Assembly (NCBI GenBank): GCA_020860715.1
Contig: JAJBTU010000023.1
Coordinates: 38,692-102,691, forward strand
Length of the DNA stretch: 64,000 nt
Reading direction: 5' to 3'
From: Clostridiales bacterium
Lineage (GTDB): Bacteria; Bacillota; Clostridia; Lachnospirales; Lachnospiraceae
Part shown: positions 63,956 through 64,000 of the stretch, one piece after another
Layout of the letters: each line of letters opens with the position of its first letter
Position numbering within the stretch: position 1 is the stretch's first letter
The notes under the pieces: generated by a model
Told to the model about the DNA's origin: nothing
The model's input: only the letters and a program-made list of their open reading frames with translations
The model's database searches: none
Position numbers and translations under genes: made by a program

Positions 63956-64000
63956 TGACTTCATTGATCTGACAACATATCGAATATAATCTATATAAAA

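Noticed and set aside
63625-63972. ORFs of 115 aa (+) and 99 aa (-) after phoU
   Set aside because: Both lie inside palindromic element copy B and mirror each other. The equivalent stretch of copy A is not kept open in the same frames.
1-64000. Search for CRISPR arrays, tRNA/rRNA genes, integrases, reverse transcriptases/DGR repeats and prophage modules
   Set aside because: I saw no spacer-interrupted direct-repeat array; all tandem repeats are contiguous. I also saw no cloverleaf-like or rRNA-like segments and no tyrosine/serine recombinase or RT motifs in any listed ORF.

Overview
64-kb window from a spore-forming Firmicute. It looks Clostridia/Lachnospiraceae-like, inferred only from spoIVB, sortase pili and gene order.

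Layout:
- 1-10.7 kb: an AraC-like regulator (runs off the left edge), a GH94 cellobiose phosphorylase, a LacI regulator, a 3-gene COG2984-type ABC importer, hflX bracketed by two copies of a tiny hydrophobic-peptide gene, and a LytTR regulator.
- 10.8-33.5 kb: a sortase-dependent pilus/adhesin locus. It holds a 3490-aa wall-anchored adhesin, two SpaA-type pilin genes (the first out of frame at a G7 tract), an Rpn-type nuclease gene and a probably 3'-truncated AAA-ATPase gene. These are followed by two class C sortases, a third CnaB-type protein and an amidase-SPOR protein. The adhesin-to-AAA part is visibly AT-richer than everything around it.
- 33.6-41.4 kb: mutY, a GT2, pyrBI, and a 668-aa RelA/SpoT-domain fusion protein immediately upstream of prfC.
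- 41.4-53.4 kb: the conserved Firmicute block uma2-asp23-nusB-xseA-xseB-ispA-dxs-tlyA-nadK-argR-recN-spoIVB.
- 53.5-59 kb: a tightly coupled operon of MutS-like ATPase, acyltransferase, GT8, Sfp-type PPTase and nucleotidyltransferase.
- 59.2-63.6 kb: pstSCAB-phoU.

I saw no rRNA, tRNA, CRISPR array, integrase or classical transposase.

Non-genic signals:
- two inverted copies of a ~300-bp hyper-palindromic element (45.5 kb and 63.6 kb)
- a 146-bp nested palindrome
- an unusual density of short tandem repeats, both in intergenic spacers and in frame inside genes

All family calls are by-eye motif recognition on the supplied translations plus my own translation of unlisted regions. No searches or folding programs were run.
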